Shown here one piece after another: positions 1 to 6,665 of a stretch of 64,000 bases of DNA (position 1 is its first letter; each line of letters begins with the position of its first letter). Origin of the DNA: Candidatus Nealsonbacteria bacterium (GTDB lineage: Bacteria > Patescibacteriota > Minisyncoccia > Minisyncoccales > MHMH01); the NCBI GenBank assembly GCA_016188865.1, contig JACPGX010000005.1, positions 179,317 to 243,316 on the forward strand, read 5' to 3'. Under the pieces are notes generated by a model, which was given only the letters and a program-made list of their open reading frames with translations, did no database searches and was not told where the DNA came from. A program made the translations under genes and the position numbers.

Positions 1-1
1 C

Positions 2-178
2 TGCGCTGCGGCTTCGATTATTGCTAAAGTAACTAGAGACAGAATAATGATGCGCTATCATAAAAAATACCCCGAGTATAGACTTGACTTGCATAAGGGC
101 TACGGCACAAAATTGCATTATGAGATGTTGAAGTTGTACGGCCCTTGCCAAATCCACAGGAAAAGCTTTAATATATAA
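2..178 (+). CDS. rnhB: Ribonuclease HII, C-terminal fragment (5' part upstream of window)
   Basis: Frame open from window edge to TAA 176-178. Translation [56 protein letters not shown] matches the conserved RNase HII C-terminus (KGYGT, HRxSF). Confidence 0.8.
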   Translation, partial: CAAASIIAKVTRDRIMMRYHKKYPEYRLDLHKGYGTKLHYEMLKLYGPCQIHRKSFNI

Positions 179-182
179 ACAT

Positions 183-422
183 ATGGGTGGAGTGCCAAAA
201 CAGCGTAAAACTAAATCTCGCCAGGCAAATAGAAGAATGCATCTTTTTATAAAAGGAGCGGCTTTAACTAAGTGTCCAAAATGCGCGAAACCAGTCTTGC
301 CGCACACTGTTTGCCAAAATTGCGGCTATTACAAGGGAACTTTGATAATTGATGTGATGAAAAAATTGACTAAGAAAGAAAGAAAACAAAAAGAAAAGGA
401 GATTAAACCTCATGGCGAGTAG
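183..422 (+). CDS. rpmF: 50S ribosomal protein L32 with basic C-terminal extension
   Basis: [19 protein letters not shown]-terminus and a CPKC...CQNC zinc ribbon are the bL32 signature. Confidence 0.9.
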   Translation: MGGVPKQRKTKSRQANRRMHLFIKGAALTKCPKCAKPVLPHTVCQNCGYYKGTLIIDVMKKLTKKERKQKEKEIKPHGE

Positions 423-888
423 ACATCTTTCAAGATCAATCGTAATGCAATCTTTATATGAATGGGACTTTAACGGCAAGAAGCCCGATTCTTTGGATAA
501 AATTGTGGAAAAGAATATCCAAGAATTTGGTCCCGGCCTGGAAGACCTCACTTTTGTTTGGCAAATAATTAAAGGGGTCATGGAGCATATGCCGCAGATC
601 GATAAAATTATTGAGAAATCTGCTCCGGAGTGGCCTTTGGAACAAATAACTATTGTTGATAGAAATGTTTTAAGAATAGGCCTTTATGAACTTTTATATG
701 CCAACAAAGAAGAGGTTCCTCCAAAGGTGGCCATTAACGAAGCCATTGAATTGGCTAAGACATTCGGCGGAGAGAGCTCTGGAAAATTCATAAATGGCGT
801 TTTAGGTACGGTTTATAAAGAAGTTAATCCCGAAGCCGCGTCAACGCCTGGTGTTGACGGAGAAACACCGGGCGTTAAAGATAAATGA
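412..888 (+). CDS. nusB: Transcription antitermination factor NusB
   Basis: 158 aa. [18 protein letters not shown] N-terminus, NEAIELAK and FINGVLG motifs typical of NusB. Overlaps rpmF by 11 nt. Confidence 0.85.
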   Translation: MASRHLSRSIVMQSLYEWDFNGKKPDSLDKIVEKNIQEFGPGLEDLTFVWQIIKGVMEHMPQIDKIIEKSAPEWPLEQITIVDRNVLRIGLYELLYANKEEVPPKVAINEAIELAKTFGGESSGKFINGVLGTVYKEVNPEAASTPGVDGETPGVKDK

Positions 889-1574
889 AAAATTTCGAAC
901 TTTTAGAAAAAAAATTCAAGATTAAGTTTAAAAATAAGGGATTATTGACTCAAGCTTTCACCCACAGGTCTTATCTGAATGAGAATCCGAAGTTTGCGTA
1001 TTTCCACAATGAGAGATTGGAGTTTCTCGGCGATGCTGTTATAGAGCTTGCCGTAACAGAATATCTTTTTAAAGAATATCCCAAAAAACCAGAAGGAGAG
1101 CTGACGTCGTGGCGCGCGGCCTTAGTTAATGCTAAAATTCTTTCTAGAATCGCCCAAGATTTAGAATTTAATGATTTCCTTTTATTAAGCAGAGGCGAAG
1201 CTAAAGAAACAGGAAAAGCCCGCCAGTTTATTTTAGCCAATACTTTTGAGGCGTTTGTGGGCAGTTTATATCTTGATCAGGGCTATTCAGTTTGTCAGAA
1301 ATTTATTAAAAAGTATGTGATAAGTGAGTTGCCATCGATTATTGAGAGTCAGGTATATAAAGATGCAAAATCGCGTTTTCAGGAAGAAGCCCAGGAAAAA
1401 GTCGGCATTACCCCAACTTACAAAGTTTTAAAAGAGTGGGGGCCCGATCACGCCAGACATTTTACTATCGGTGTTTTTTTGGGACAAGAGCTGGTGGCAG
1501 ACGGAGAAGGTTCTTCCAAGCAAGAAGCAGAAGAAGATGCGGCAAAAAGAGCCCTTGAAATAAAAAAGTGGTAG
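885..1574 (+). CDS. rnc: Ribonuclease III
   Basis: 229 aa. RNase III signature [11 protein letters not shown] plus a C-terminal dsRBD ([18 protein letters not shown]). ATGA overlap with nusB. Confidence 0.95.
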   Translation: MKNFELLEKKFKIKFKNKGLLTQAFTHRSYLNENPKFAYFHNERLEFLGDAVIELAVTEYLFKEYPKKPEGELTSWRAALVNAKILSRIAQDLEFNDFLLLSRGEAKETGKARQFILANTFEAFVGSLYLDQGYSVCQKFIKKYVISELPSIIESQVYKDAKSRFQEEAQEKVGITPTYKVLKEWGPDHARHFTIGVFLGQELVADGEGSSKQEAEEDAAKRALEIKKW

Positions 1575-1596
1575 GTGTATAATATTCTATATTATT

Positions 1597-2013
1597 ATGT
1601 TGATAATAAGATTTTTTAGAGTAGGCAAAAAAAATCAGCCGTCTTTTAAGATAGTTGTCACGGATAAAAGAAGACCGCCCAGAGCCGGCCGTTTTACGGA
1701 GCAGGTTGGTTTTTATAATCCAGTAACCAAAGAGAGGAATTTAAATAAAGAAAGAATACAATACTGGGTGTCCAAAGGAGCTCAGCCGTCTCTCACGGCT
1801 TATAACCTATTCGTAAAAGAAGGGATTTTACAAGGCAAAAAAATCGCTGTCCATAAAAAGTCAAAAAAGCCGACAGAGGCCCCTGCTTCTGCTGTTTCTG
1901 TCGCAGCCGTCGCTCCTGCAACTCCAGCGGCGACTTCTCCAGCCGAACAACCAGCCGCCGCAGCATCAACCGCTCCAATTACTGAAACTCCAAAAGAAGG
2001 GCCCGTAGCTTAG
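1597..2013 (+). CDS. rpsP: 30S ribosomal protein S16 with Ala/Pro-rich C-terminal tail
   Basis: MLIIRFFRVGKKNQPSFKIVVTD...GFYNP is bS16, followed by a ~55-aa low-complexity A/P/T tail. Stop TAG 2011-2013 lies inside the D-arm of the downstream tRNA-like gene. Confidence 0.9.
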   Translation: MLIIRFFRVGKKNQPSFKIVVTDKRRPPRAGRFTEQVGFYNPVTKERNLNKERIQYWVSKGAQPSLTAYNLFVKEGILQGKKIAVHKKSKKPTEAPASAVSVAAVAPATPAATSPAEQPAAAASTAPITETPKEGPVA

Positions 2014-2033
2014 CTGGTAGAGCGCTTCATTTG

Positions 2034-2168
2034 TTCCGATTCCGACTTCGGTCGGAATCGAGAATCCTCGATAATTTTGGTGGGCCAATAGCTCAGCGGC
2101 AGAGCACCTCATTTGCAATGAGGGGGTCGTGGGTTCGAATCCCGCTTGGTCCACCAAAAATATCGGGA
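2034..2168 (+). other. 135-nt insertion/intron-like segment inside the outer tRNA anticodon loop; carries a complete tRNA-Ala
   Basis: Termini TTCCGAT...ATCGGGA are inverted and extend the anticodon stem (with the native TG/CA this makes a 9-bp helix, 2032-2040 with 2162-2170). Interior has a 10-bp hairpin with a TTCG loop (2037-2060), an alternative ATCGAG/CTCGAT hairpin (2057-2072), and a tRNA whose acceptor helix is extended by GGT/ACC (2079-2081 with 2153-2155). Confidence 0.55.
2082..2156 (+). tRNA. tRNA-Ala (anticodon TGC), CCA encoded
   Basis: GGGCCAA TA GCTC AGCGGCA GAGC A CCTCA TTTGCAA TGAGG GGGTC GTGGG TTCGAAT CCCGC TTGGTCC A CCA. Canonical cloverleaf with G3:U70 and A73 alanine identity elements. 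Confidence 0.9.
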
Positions 2169-2218
2169 CAATGAAGAGGTCAGCGGTCCGAATCCGCTCG
2201 GGTCCATCAGAATTCAGA

Positions 2219-2248
2219 ATACACCGGTTCAACCGGTGTATTTTTTTT
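2219..2248 (+). terminator. Rho-independent terminator after the tRNA locus
   Basis: ATACACCGG TTCAA CCGGTGTAT followed by T8. Confidence 0.85.
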
Positions 2249-2264
2249 GAAAACAATAAACGAT

Positions 2265-2287
2265 TGTTAGACGTCGGACGTCTAACA
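2265..2287. repeat. Perfect 23-nt palindrome TGTTAGACGTC-G-GACGTCTAACA
   Basis: 11-nt arms are exact reverse complements. The same TGTTAGAC...GTCTAACA arms recur at 25540-25564. Confidence 0.8.
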
Positions 2288-2349
2288 GTTCCCGACAAGA
2301 TAAGGGAAAGAAAATCAAAAATTTTAGCTACTCCGAAAATTTTTGGATG

Positions 2350-2370
2350 TTGCACCACCTGGTGGTGCAA
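2350..2370. repeat. Perfect 21-nt palindrome TTGCACCACC-T-GGTGGTGCAA
   Basis: 10-nt arms are exact reverse complements. A third hairpin, TAATGGG(AGTCCGACA)CCCATTA, follows at 2386-2408. Confidence 0.75.
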
Positions 2371-2465
2371 CAGATATCAGCCGCGTAATGGGAGTCCGAC
2401 ACCCATTAATACTTAGCTACCTAAACGAATTTGCCGCCGAAAGTAAAATCTGATATATTTTAATT

Positions 2466-3416
2466 ATGGTTAAAAAAGTAATTGCGAAAAATTTGCCGAA
2501 AGATGTTTTTTTGCATCTTTTGAATATCCTGACTTTTTATTTAAGCATTGTTAGTTTTATTAATCTTTATATCCAATATATAAGCGCTCTTTTTCCGGAC
2601 CAGCTTAGTTTTTATTATGCGGGAACAGCTAATGCCGTCAGAACGTTTACTTCTATACTCATAATAGCTTTCCCCGCATATTTATTGACTTCGTGGCTAT
2701 TAGGAAAAGACCTTAAAGAAAATCCGGCAAAGCGCGAATTCAGATTAAGGAAATGGCTTGTTTATTTTACTCTTTTTATATCGGCAATAACCATTATTGT
2801 CGACCTTATTATTTTCGTTAACCGTTTCTTGGGGGGAGAGCTGACCCCGCCTTTTCTCTCGAAAGTTTTAGTCGTGCTGCTGGTGGGCTTAGCGGTTTTC
2901 GGATACCACATTTGGGACTCTAAAAGAAAGGACGCTGAAAAATCAAGAACTCCCAAAAAACTTTCTTTTGCAGCTTCTTTCATTGTTTTAGCAAGCATTG
3001 CCGCGGGTTTTTTCATAATGGGAACTCCTGCGGAACAAAGAAGAATAAAATTTGACGAGCAAAGGATAAGCCATCTCCAAATATTGCAGAGCCAGATTAT
3101 AAATTACTGGGTCATGAAAGAATCCCTTCCCCAAGAATTGAATGGCTTGGAAGATAGCATTTCCGGGTTTATTGCGCCCAAGGATCCCGAGTCGAATATA
3201 GCGTATGAGTACAATATTATTGGCAATCTTTCATTTGAGCTATGCGCCGCATTTAAAACTTTAAGCAGGGGCAGGGGAGCGGCATACTATAATCCCCGCG
3301 ATTCATTTCAGCAAAATTGGGAGCACGAAGCCGAAAGAACCTGCTTTAAAAGAATAATTGACCCGGAATTGTATAAAAATACTAGCCAGCCCAAAGAAAT
3401 CGTTCCGCTGCGATAA
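2466..3416 (+). CDS. Hypothetical integral membrane protein (several N-terminal TM helices, soluble C-terminal domain)
   Basis: 316-aa ORF with hydrophobic segments (LNILTFYLSIVSFINLYI, ILIIAFPAYLLTSWLL, LFISAITIIVDLIIFV, VLVVLLVGLAVFGY, FIVLASIAAGFFIMG). No family recognised with certainty. Confidence 0.6.
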   Translation: MVKKVIAKNLPKDVFLHLLNILTFYLSIVSFINLYIQYISALFPDQLSFYYAGTANAVRTFTSILIIAFPAYLLTSWLLGKDLKENPAKREFRLRKWLVYFTLFISAITIIVDLIIFVNRFLGGELTPPFLSKVLVVLLVGLAVFGYHIWDSKRKDAEKSRTPKKLSFAASFIVLASIAAGFFIMGTPAEQRRIKFDEQRISHLQILQSQIINYWVMKESLPQELNGLEDSISGFIAPKDPESNIAYEYNIIGNLSFELCAAFKTLSRGRGAAYYNPRDSFQQNWEHEAERTCFKRIIDPELYKNTSQPKEIVPLR

Positions 3417-3474
3417 AGAGGTGCTTGCAGGGTACAGTCTTGTACCCTGTGGATAACTGCCTAATTCTGGGGGC

Positions 3475-3502
3475 TTGACGACATTGTTTGGCGGATTAAA
3501 AT
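3475..3502 (+). promoter_or_regulatory. Sigma70-type promoter for the downstream structured RNA
   Basis: TTGACG (3475-3480), 16-nt spacer, TAAAAT (3497-3502). Confidence 0.5.
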
Positions 3503-3509
3503 AATACTT

Positions 3510-3730
3510 GGGTGCGCACAGCGCAAAGACAGAAGGGAGTGAGTGTCGAGATACGACAGAGATCTCTCATTTCATTTTTCTTCCTTGAGCATATATTCTA
3601 AGATAAGCGAAGGGTTTCCCTAAGCTTGTCAAAGAGTTAGCGATAGGATTAAATCCAAGCTTGGTGGAAAAACGAAGTGGGCTCAAATGCATAAGTATTT
3701 CACGACATTCATTTCCTTCTGTCTTTTGTA
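3510..3730 (+). ncRNA. Structured ncRNA candidate with 6S-RNA-like rod architecture (identity unproven)
   Basis: 24-bp closing helix 3525-3548 with 3703-3726 (21 Watson-Crick pairs, 3 G-U). Second helix 3566-3584 with 3663-3681. The two are separated by a 17/21-nt internal bubble. Apical AAGCTT-containing helix 3622-3628 with 3656-3662. Six non-Watson-Crick positions are G-U on the + strand versus one A-C. Own promoter and terminator; no credible ORF. Confidence 0.55.
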
Positions 3731-3734
3731 TTTT

Positions 3735-3776
3735 GAGGTCCGACCTCCCGACAAATATGACGGGAGATCGGACCTC
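3735..3776. repeat. GAGGTCCGAC-family hairpin (copy A), acting as terminator of the upstream RNA
   Basis: GAGGTCCGACCTCCCG, loop ACAAATATGA, CGGGAGATCGGACCTC, then TTTCGTTTTAGTTTTT. Confidence 0.75.
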
Positions 3777-3793
3777 TTTCGTTTTAGTTTTTG

Positions 3794-3802
3794 TGCTATA
3801 AT
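3794..3802 (+). promoter_or_regulatory. Extended -10 promoter (TGcTATAAT)
   Basis: TG at 3794-3795 and TATAAT at 3797-3802. Confidence 0.5.
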
Positions 3803-3808
3803 AAACTT

Positions 3809-3899
3809 AGCGGGGGAAAAGGCGATGCTCAAAATCCTATCGCCGCCTTATCTCTCGCTTTGCCCGCCGAAGCCTGAAAGGGTGGAGGCGAGCTTTTTT
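3809..3899 (+). ncRNA. Small RNA candidate (~90 nt) ending in a GC-rich terminator
   Basis: Hairpin GGCGAT(3821-3826)/ATCGCC(3839-3844). GC-rich terminal hairpin with GAAA tetraloop (CTCGC 3854-3858 pairs with GCGAG 3888-3892), then T6 at 3894-3899. No known class recognised. Confidence 0.4.
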
Positions 3900-3957
3900 G
3901 TGAATAAAATGTGCATAATTAAGGCAGTTTACTCATATTTTTAATAAAAATAGCAAA

Positions 3958-3985
3958 TTGACCTAACTGCTGGTTTTGCTATTCT
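3958..3985 (+). promoter_or_regulatory. Possible promoter immediately upstream of a long terminator hairpin
   Basis: TTGACC (3958-3963), 16-nt spacer, TATTCT (3980-3985). Confidence 0.35.
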
Positions 3986-3996
3986 AAAGATAGAAG

Positions 3997-4041
3997 AGCA
4001 TCGTAAAGGCGATAGGGGTATCGTCTTTGCGATGCTTTTTT
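3997..4041 (+). terminator. Strong intrinsic terminator/attenuator hairpin
   Basis: Continuous 18-bp helix (3997-4014 with 4019-4036, 2 G-U), GGGG loop, then T6. It contains the first ATG (4032) of the tracked ORF. Confidence 0.8.
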
Positions 4042-4124
4042 ATACCAATATGAAAAAACGTAAAAAAAACCTGCCTGCCGGCAGGCGGGGAAAAATTCAT
4101 TTCGCAGATTTACAGGAAAAAGCG

Positions 4125-4343
4125 ATGAACTGGCTTTGGGTAGTTTTGCTTATTACGGCCATTATGTTTTTGAGGGGGCTTTTAAGCGACATGAATACCC
4201 AGACCAATAGATTGTCTGAAGAACGAAAGAAGTTTCAAGATGAGCTAACCGAAGAAAGAGAAAAGAGCCAAAATCTTTATCTGGAGTTTTACGCTGAATT
4301 AGACAAAAGCATTAAGAAAGCAATTGAAGCTCTCAATAAATGA
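4125..4343 (+). CDS. Small membrane-anchored coiled-coil protein (hypothetical)
   Basis: The tracked ORF starts at 4032 inside the terminator stem. The in-frame ATG at 4125 (MNWLWVVLLITAIMFL, a TM helix) is preceded by AGGAAAAAGCG. ATGA overlap with the next gene. Confidence 0.5.
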   Translation: MNWLWVVLLITAIMFLRGLLSDMNTQTNRLSEERKKFQDELTEEREKSQNLYLEFYAELDKSIKKAIEALNK

Positions 4344-5359
4344 AAAAATATACAATTATCATCGGATTGGCAATTGCCGCAGCTTTGCTTGCAGGCGCTA
4401 TTTTATGGTTGCTGCTCCGAAAGACTAAAGAAATTTCCTACACCGGCCCAATTGAGAAGATATCTTTAGGCGCAGAACTAAATATGCGGACTTCCGCGGT
4501 TTGGATAGCTGAAAACCAGGGTTATTTTAAAGAACAGGGGCTCGATGTGCAAATACAGGGGTTTGCTTCTGGGCGAACTGCCCTGATGGCAATGCTGGAA
4601 GAAGGTAATCTTAATATGGTTACAGTTACCCAAACGCCATTGATGTTCACCAGTTTTAGCAGGAATGATTATGCGATTATAGCCGGAATAACACATTCTT
4701 ACTCCAGCATTAATATTTTAGGCCGCAGAGACCGCGGGATAGAAACACCCGCGGATTTAAAAAATAAAAAGGTGGGGGTTCCCAAAGGCACAACCGCGCA
4801 TTTCTTTTTAGACATATTTTTAACTCAAAATGGTATTCCAAATTCAGATATTGAAGTGGTTGATTTTGCGATAGATAAGTTAGTCCAAGGCCTAATAGAG
4901 GGAAAAGTCGATGCGATTTCCGCTTGGGAGCCGCATATTTTTAACGCTAGAGAAGTCTTGGGCCAAAATGCCACCTTGTTGCCTAATCCCGGTTTGTTGC
5001 GAGAGGATCTTTATTTTGTTGCCAGAAATGATTTTACAAGCAGCCACCCCGATGCCTTAAAAAAGTTTTTGAAAGCAATTGATAAGGCAAACGCATTTAT
5101 AGGGGAAAACAAAGAAACAGCTATAAGCATCGTATCAGAGCGCACAAAATTCGACAGGAGGACGGTTGCTGCTATTTGGGATGCTTATACTCTTCGATTA
5201 TTTTTAGACCAGAATACTTTAATTATTTTAGATGAAGAAGCCAAATGGGCAAGGGCAAAAGGATTAATAGACGGGAAGGTAATTCCTGATTATTTTGATT
5301 ATCTTTACTTAGATGCCCTAGAGGCAGTAAAACCGGAAGCGCTGCAGGTTATTCATTAA
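4340..5359 (+). CDS. NMT1/THI5-like (SsuA/TauA-type) substrate-binding protein, N-terminally anchored
   Basis: 339 aa. N-terminal TM/signal helix, then the pattern IAENQGYFKEQGLDVQIQGFASGRTALMAMLEEGNLNM typical of ABC-type nitrate/sulfonate/bicarbonate binding proteins. Confidence 0.65.
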   Translation: MKKYTIIIGLAIAAALLAGAILWLLLRKTKEISYTGPIEKISLGAELNMRTSAVWIAENQGYFKEQGLDVQIQGFASGRTALMAMLEEGNLNMVTVTQTPLMFTSFSRNDYAIIAGITHSYSSINILGRRDRGIETPADLKNKKVGVPKGTTAHFFLDIFLTQNGIPNSDIEVVDFAIDKLVQGLIEGKVDAISAWEPHIFNAREVLGQNATLLPNPGLLREDLYFVARNDFTSSHPDALKKFLKAIDKANAFIGENKETAISIVSERTKFDRRTVAAIWDAYTLRLFLDQNTLIILDEEAKWARAKGLIDGKVIPDYFDYLYLDALEAVKPEALQVIH

Positions 5360-5363
5360 ACCT

Positions 5364-6647
5364 ATGAAAATAAAAATACAGAAAATTATATTTTTTTTGA
5401 ATATTTTTATTATTTCCTCCATATTTATCGCAGGAACACTTTTGGTATCAGAAGCTTTTATGTTGGGTCAAGCTTATGGAAGATATAACGCAATTAGTGA
5501 ATTGCGCAGCCTATTGGTTAAAGATCGTTTTTTGATCAATGAATTTATATTCAATCCTACGCGGCGAAGTTTGAATCAGCACGAAATTATCCAGTCGCAT
5601 ATTTTAGCCAGCATAAACCAGCAGCTTGTTTCAAACACAAATTCAAAAACGCAAGAAAAATTTAGGATGATCAGCGCAAAAACTATAGAAATTCAAAAAT
5701 ACCTTGATATATTGCAGTCGCAGTTTAGTAATGGAACTGCACCAAACATTATTTCTGAAAAAAATCGCCAAATAGCGCAATTTATTACTCTGCGCATGAA
5801 CGAGCGGGATGGCTTTATCGAAGAATTAAACTCGTCTGCTCTTACCAGAGTAAGATCAATTGTCGCCAATCACCAAGGAATCGAGTTGGCTGTGTTTGCA
5901 ATTTTATTGGGCTTAGTTTTATTTTTTAATGTCATAGAGTTTTATTTTAATGAACGATTAGAAGATATCGATAAGGCAAAGAGCGAGTTTATTTCACTGG
6001 CTTCCCACCAGTTGCGGTCTCCGATCGTTGCCATACAATGGACGCTCGAGGATTTTTTTAAAAAAGTGAAGATCACCCAAGAAGAAAAAAAATATTTTAA
6101 TAATGTTTTCCGCGCTGCCAAGCATTTGGACGAGTTGACAAAATTACTTCTTTCAATTTCGCGCATTGAATCCGGGGCATTTAAAATATCCACGGAATCT
6201 TTTGATTTGGTAGAATTCATCGAAGGTTACATAGATGGAATGCAATCGGTTTGCAAAAAGAAAATAATAACTCTCGATTTTACAAATCATCCAGAATCAT
6301 TAGAATTCAAAACAGATAAAAATGCCTTTGAGAATATTTTGCGAAGTTTGGCGAGCAATGCTTTAGATTATACCAAGCCCGGAGGAGAGGTTGCAATACA
6401 GCTGGAAAAGAAAGATAATTCCATAATTTTAACGGTTAAAGATAACGGTATTGGCATTCCCAAGGAAGAGCAGAGCCGCATTTTTAAAAAATTTGCCAGA
6501 GCGTCAAATGCAGTTAATTTTAGACCTGCCGGCACCGGCTTAGGCTTGTATATCGTTAGAGAAATGGTGAAATTACTCAATGGGAAAATTTGGTTCGAGT
6601 CAGAAGAAAATAGGGGTTCTGTATTTTATGTTGAACTTCCCGCATAG
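5364..6647 (+). CDS. Sensor histidine kinase
   Basis: H-box FISLASHQLRSPI. HATPase_c motifs NALDYT, DNGIGIP and GTGLGLYIVREMV. Two TM segments. Confidence 0.9.
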   Translation: MKIKIQKIIFFLNIFIISSIFIAGTLLVSEAFMLGQAYGRYNAISELRSLLVKDRFLINEFIFNPTRRSLNQHEIIQSHILASINQQLVSNTNSKTQEKFRMISAKTIEIQKYLDILQSQFSNGTAPNIISEKNRQIAQFITLRMNERDGFIEELNSSALTRVRSIVANHQGIELAVFAILLGLVLFFNVIEFYFNERLEDIDKAKSEFISLASHQLRSPIVAIQWTLEDFFKKVKITQEEKKYFNNVFRAAKHLDELTKLLLSISRIESGAFKISTESFDLVEFIEGYIDGMQSVCKKKIITLDFTNHPESLEFKTDKNAFENILRSLASNALDYTKPGGEVAIQLEKKDNSIILTVKDNGIGIPKEEQSRIFKKFARASNAVNFRPAGTGLGLYIVREMVKLLNGKIWFESEENRGSVFYVELPA

Positions 6648-6665
6648 CTTTGCTACAATAGGGGA

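Larger units (their letters stand above)
1999..2206 (+). tRNA. Split/interrupted tRNA-Ala(UGC)-like gene with a 135-nt insertion in the anticodon loop (functional status unknown)
   Basis: 5' half 1999-2033 reads GGGCCCG TA GCTT AGCTGGTA GAGC G CTTCA TTTG. 3' half 2169-2206 reads CAA TGAAG AGGTC AGCGG TCCGAAT CCGCT CGGGTCC A. The halves pair into a 7-bp acceptor stem (G3:U70, A73) and a 5-bp anticodon stem. Joined at TTG|CAA they give a 73-nt cloverleaf with loop TTTGCAA. The T-loop has C at position 55 and no CCA is encoded. Confidence 0.6.

Noticed and set aside
2082-2156. First reading of the inner tRNA as tRNA-Cys (GCA)
   Set aside because: With the 5-bp anticodon stem CCTCA/TGAGG the 7-nt loop is TTTGCAA, so positions 34-36 are TGC (Ala). 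G3:U70 and A73 agree with alanine identity.
1999-2206. tmRNA or two-piece tmRNA (alanine-type acceptor with G3:U70)
   Set aside because: The outer element has a full D-arm and anticodon stem, is only about 208 nt, and has no tag-peptide reading frame or pseudoknot-like regions. The inner element is an ordinary tRNA.
3687-3944. 85-aa ORF from the track
   Set aside because: It runs across the closing helix of the structured RNA, a 42-nt hairpin, a promoter and a second sRNA terminator. It has no RBS and an implausible composition.
3417-4124. RNase P RNA, SRP (4.5S) RNA or tmRNA in the long non-coding region
   Set aside because: I could not find GGAAAGTCC-type (RNase P), GGAA...AGCAG helix-8 (SRP) or GGGG...T-arm...CCA (tmRNA) signatures on either strand. 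Only a 6S-like architecture is supported.
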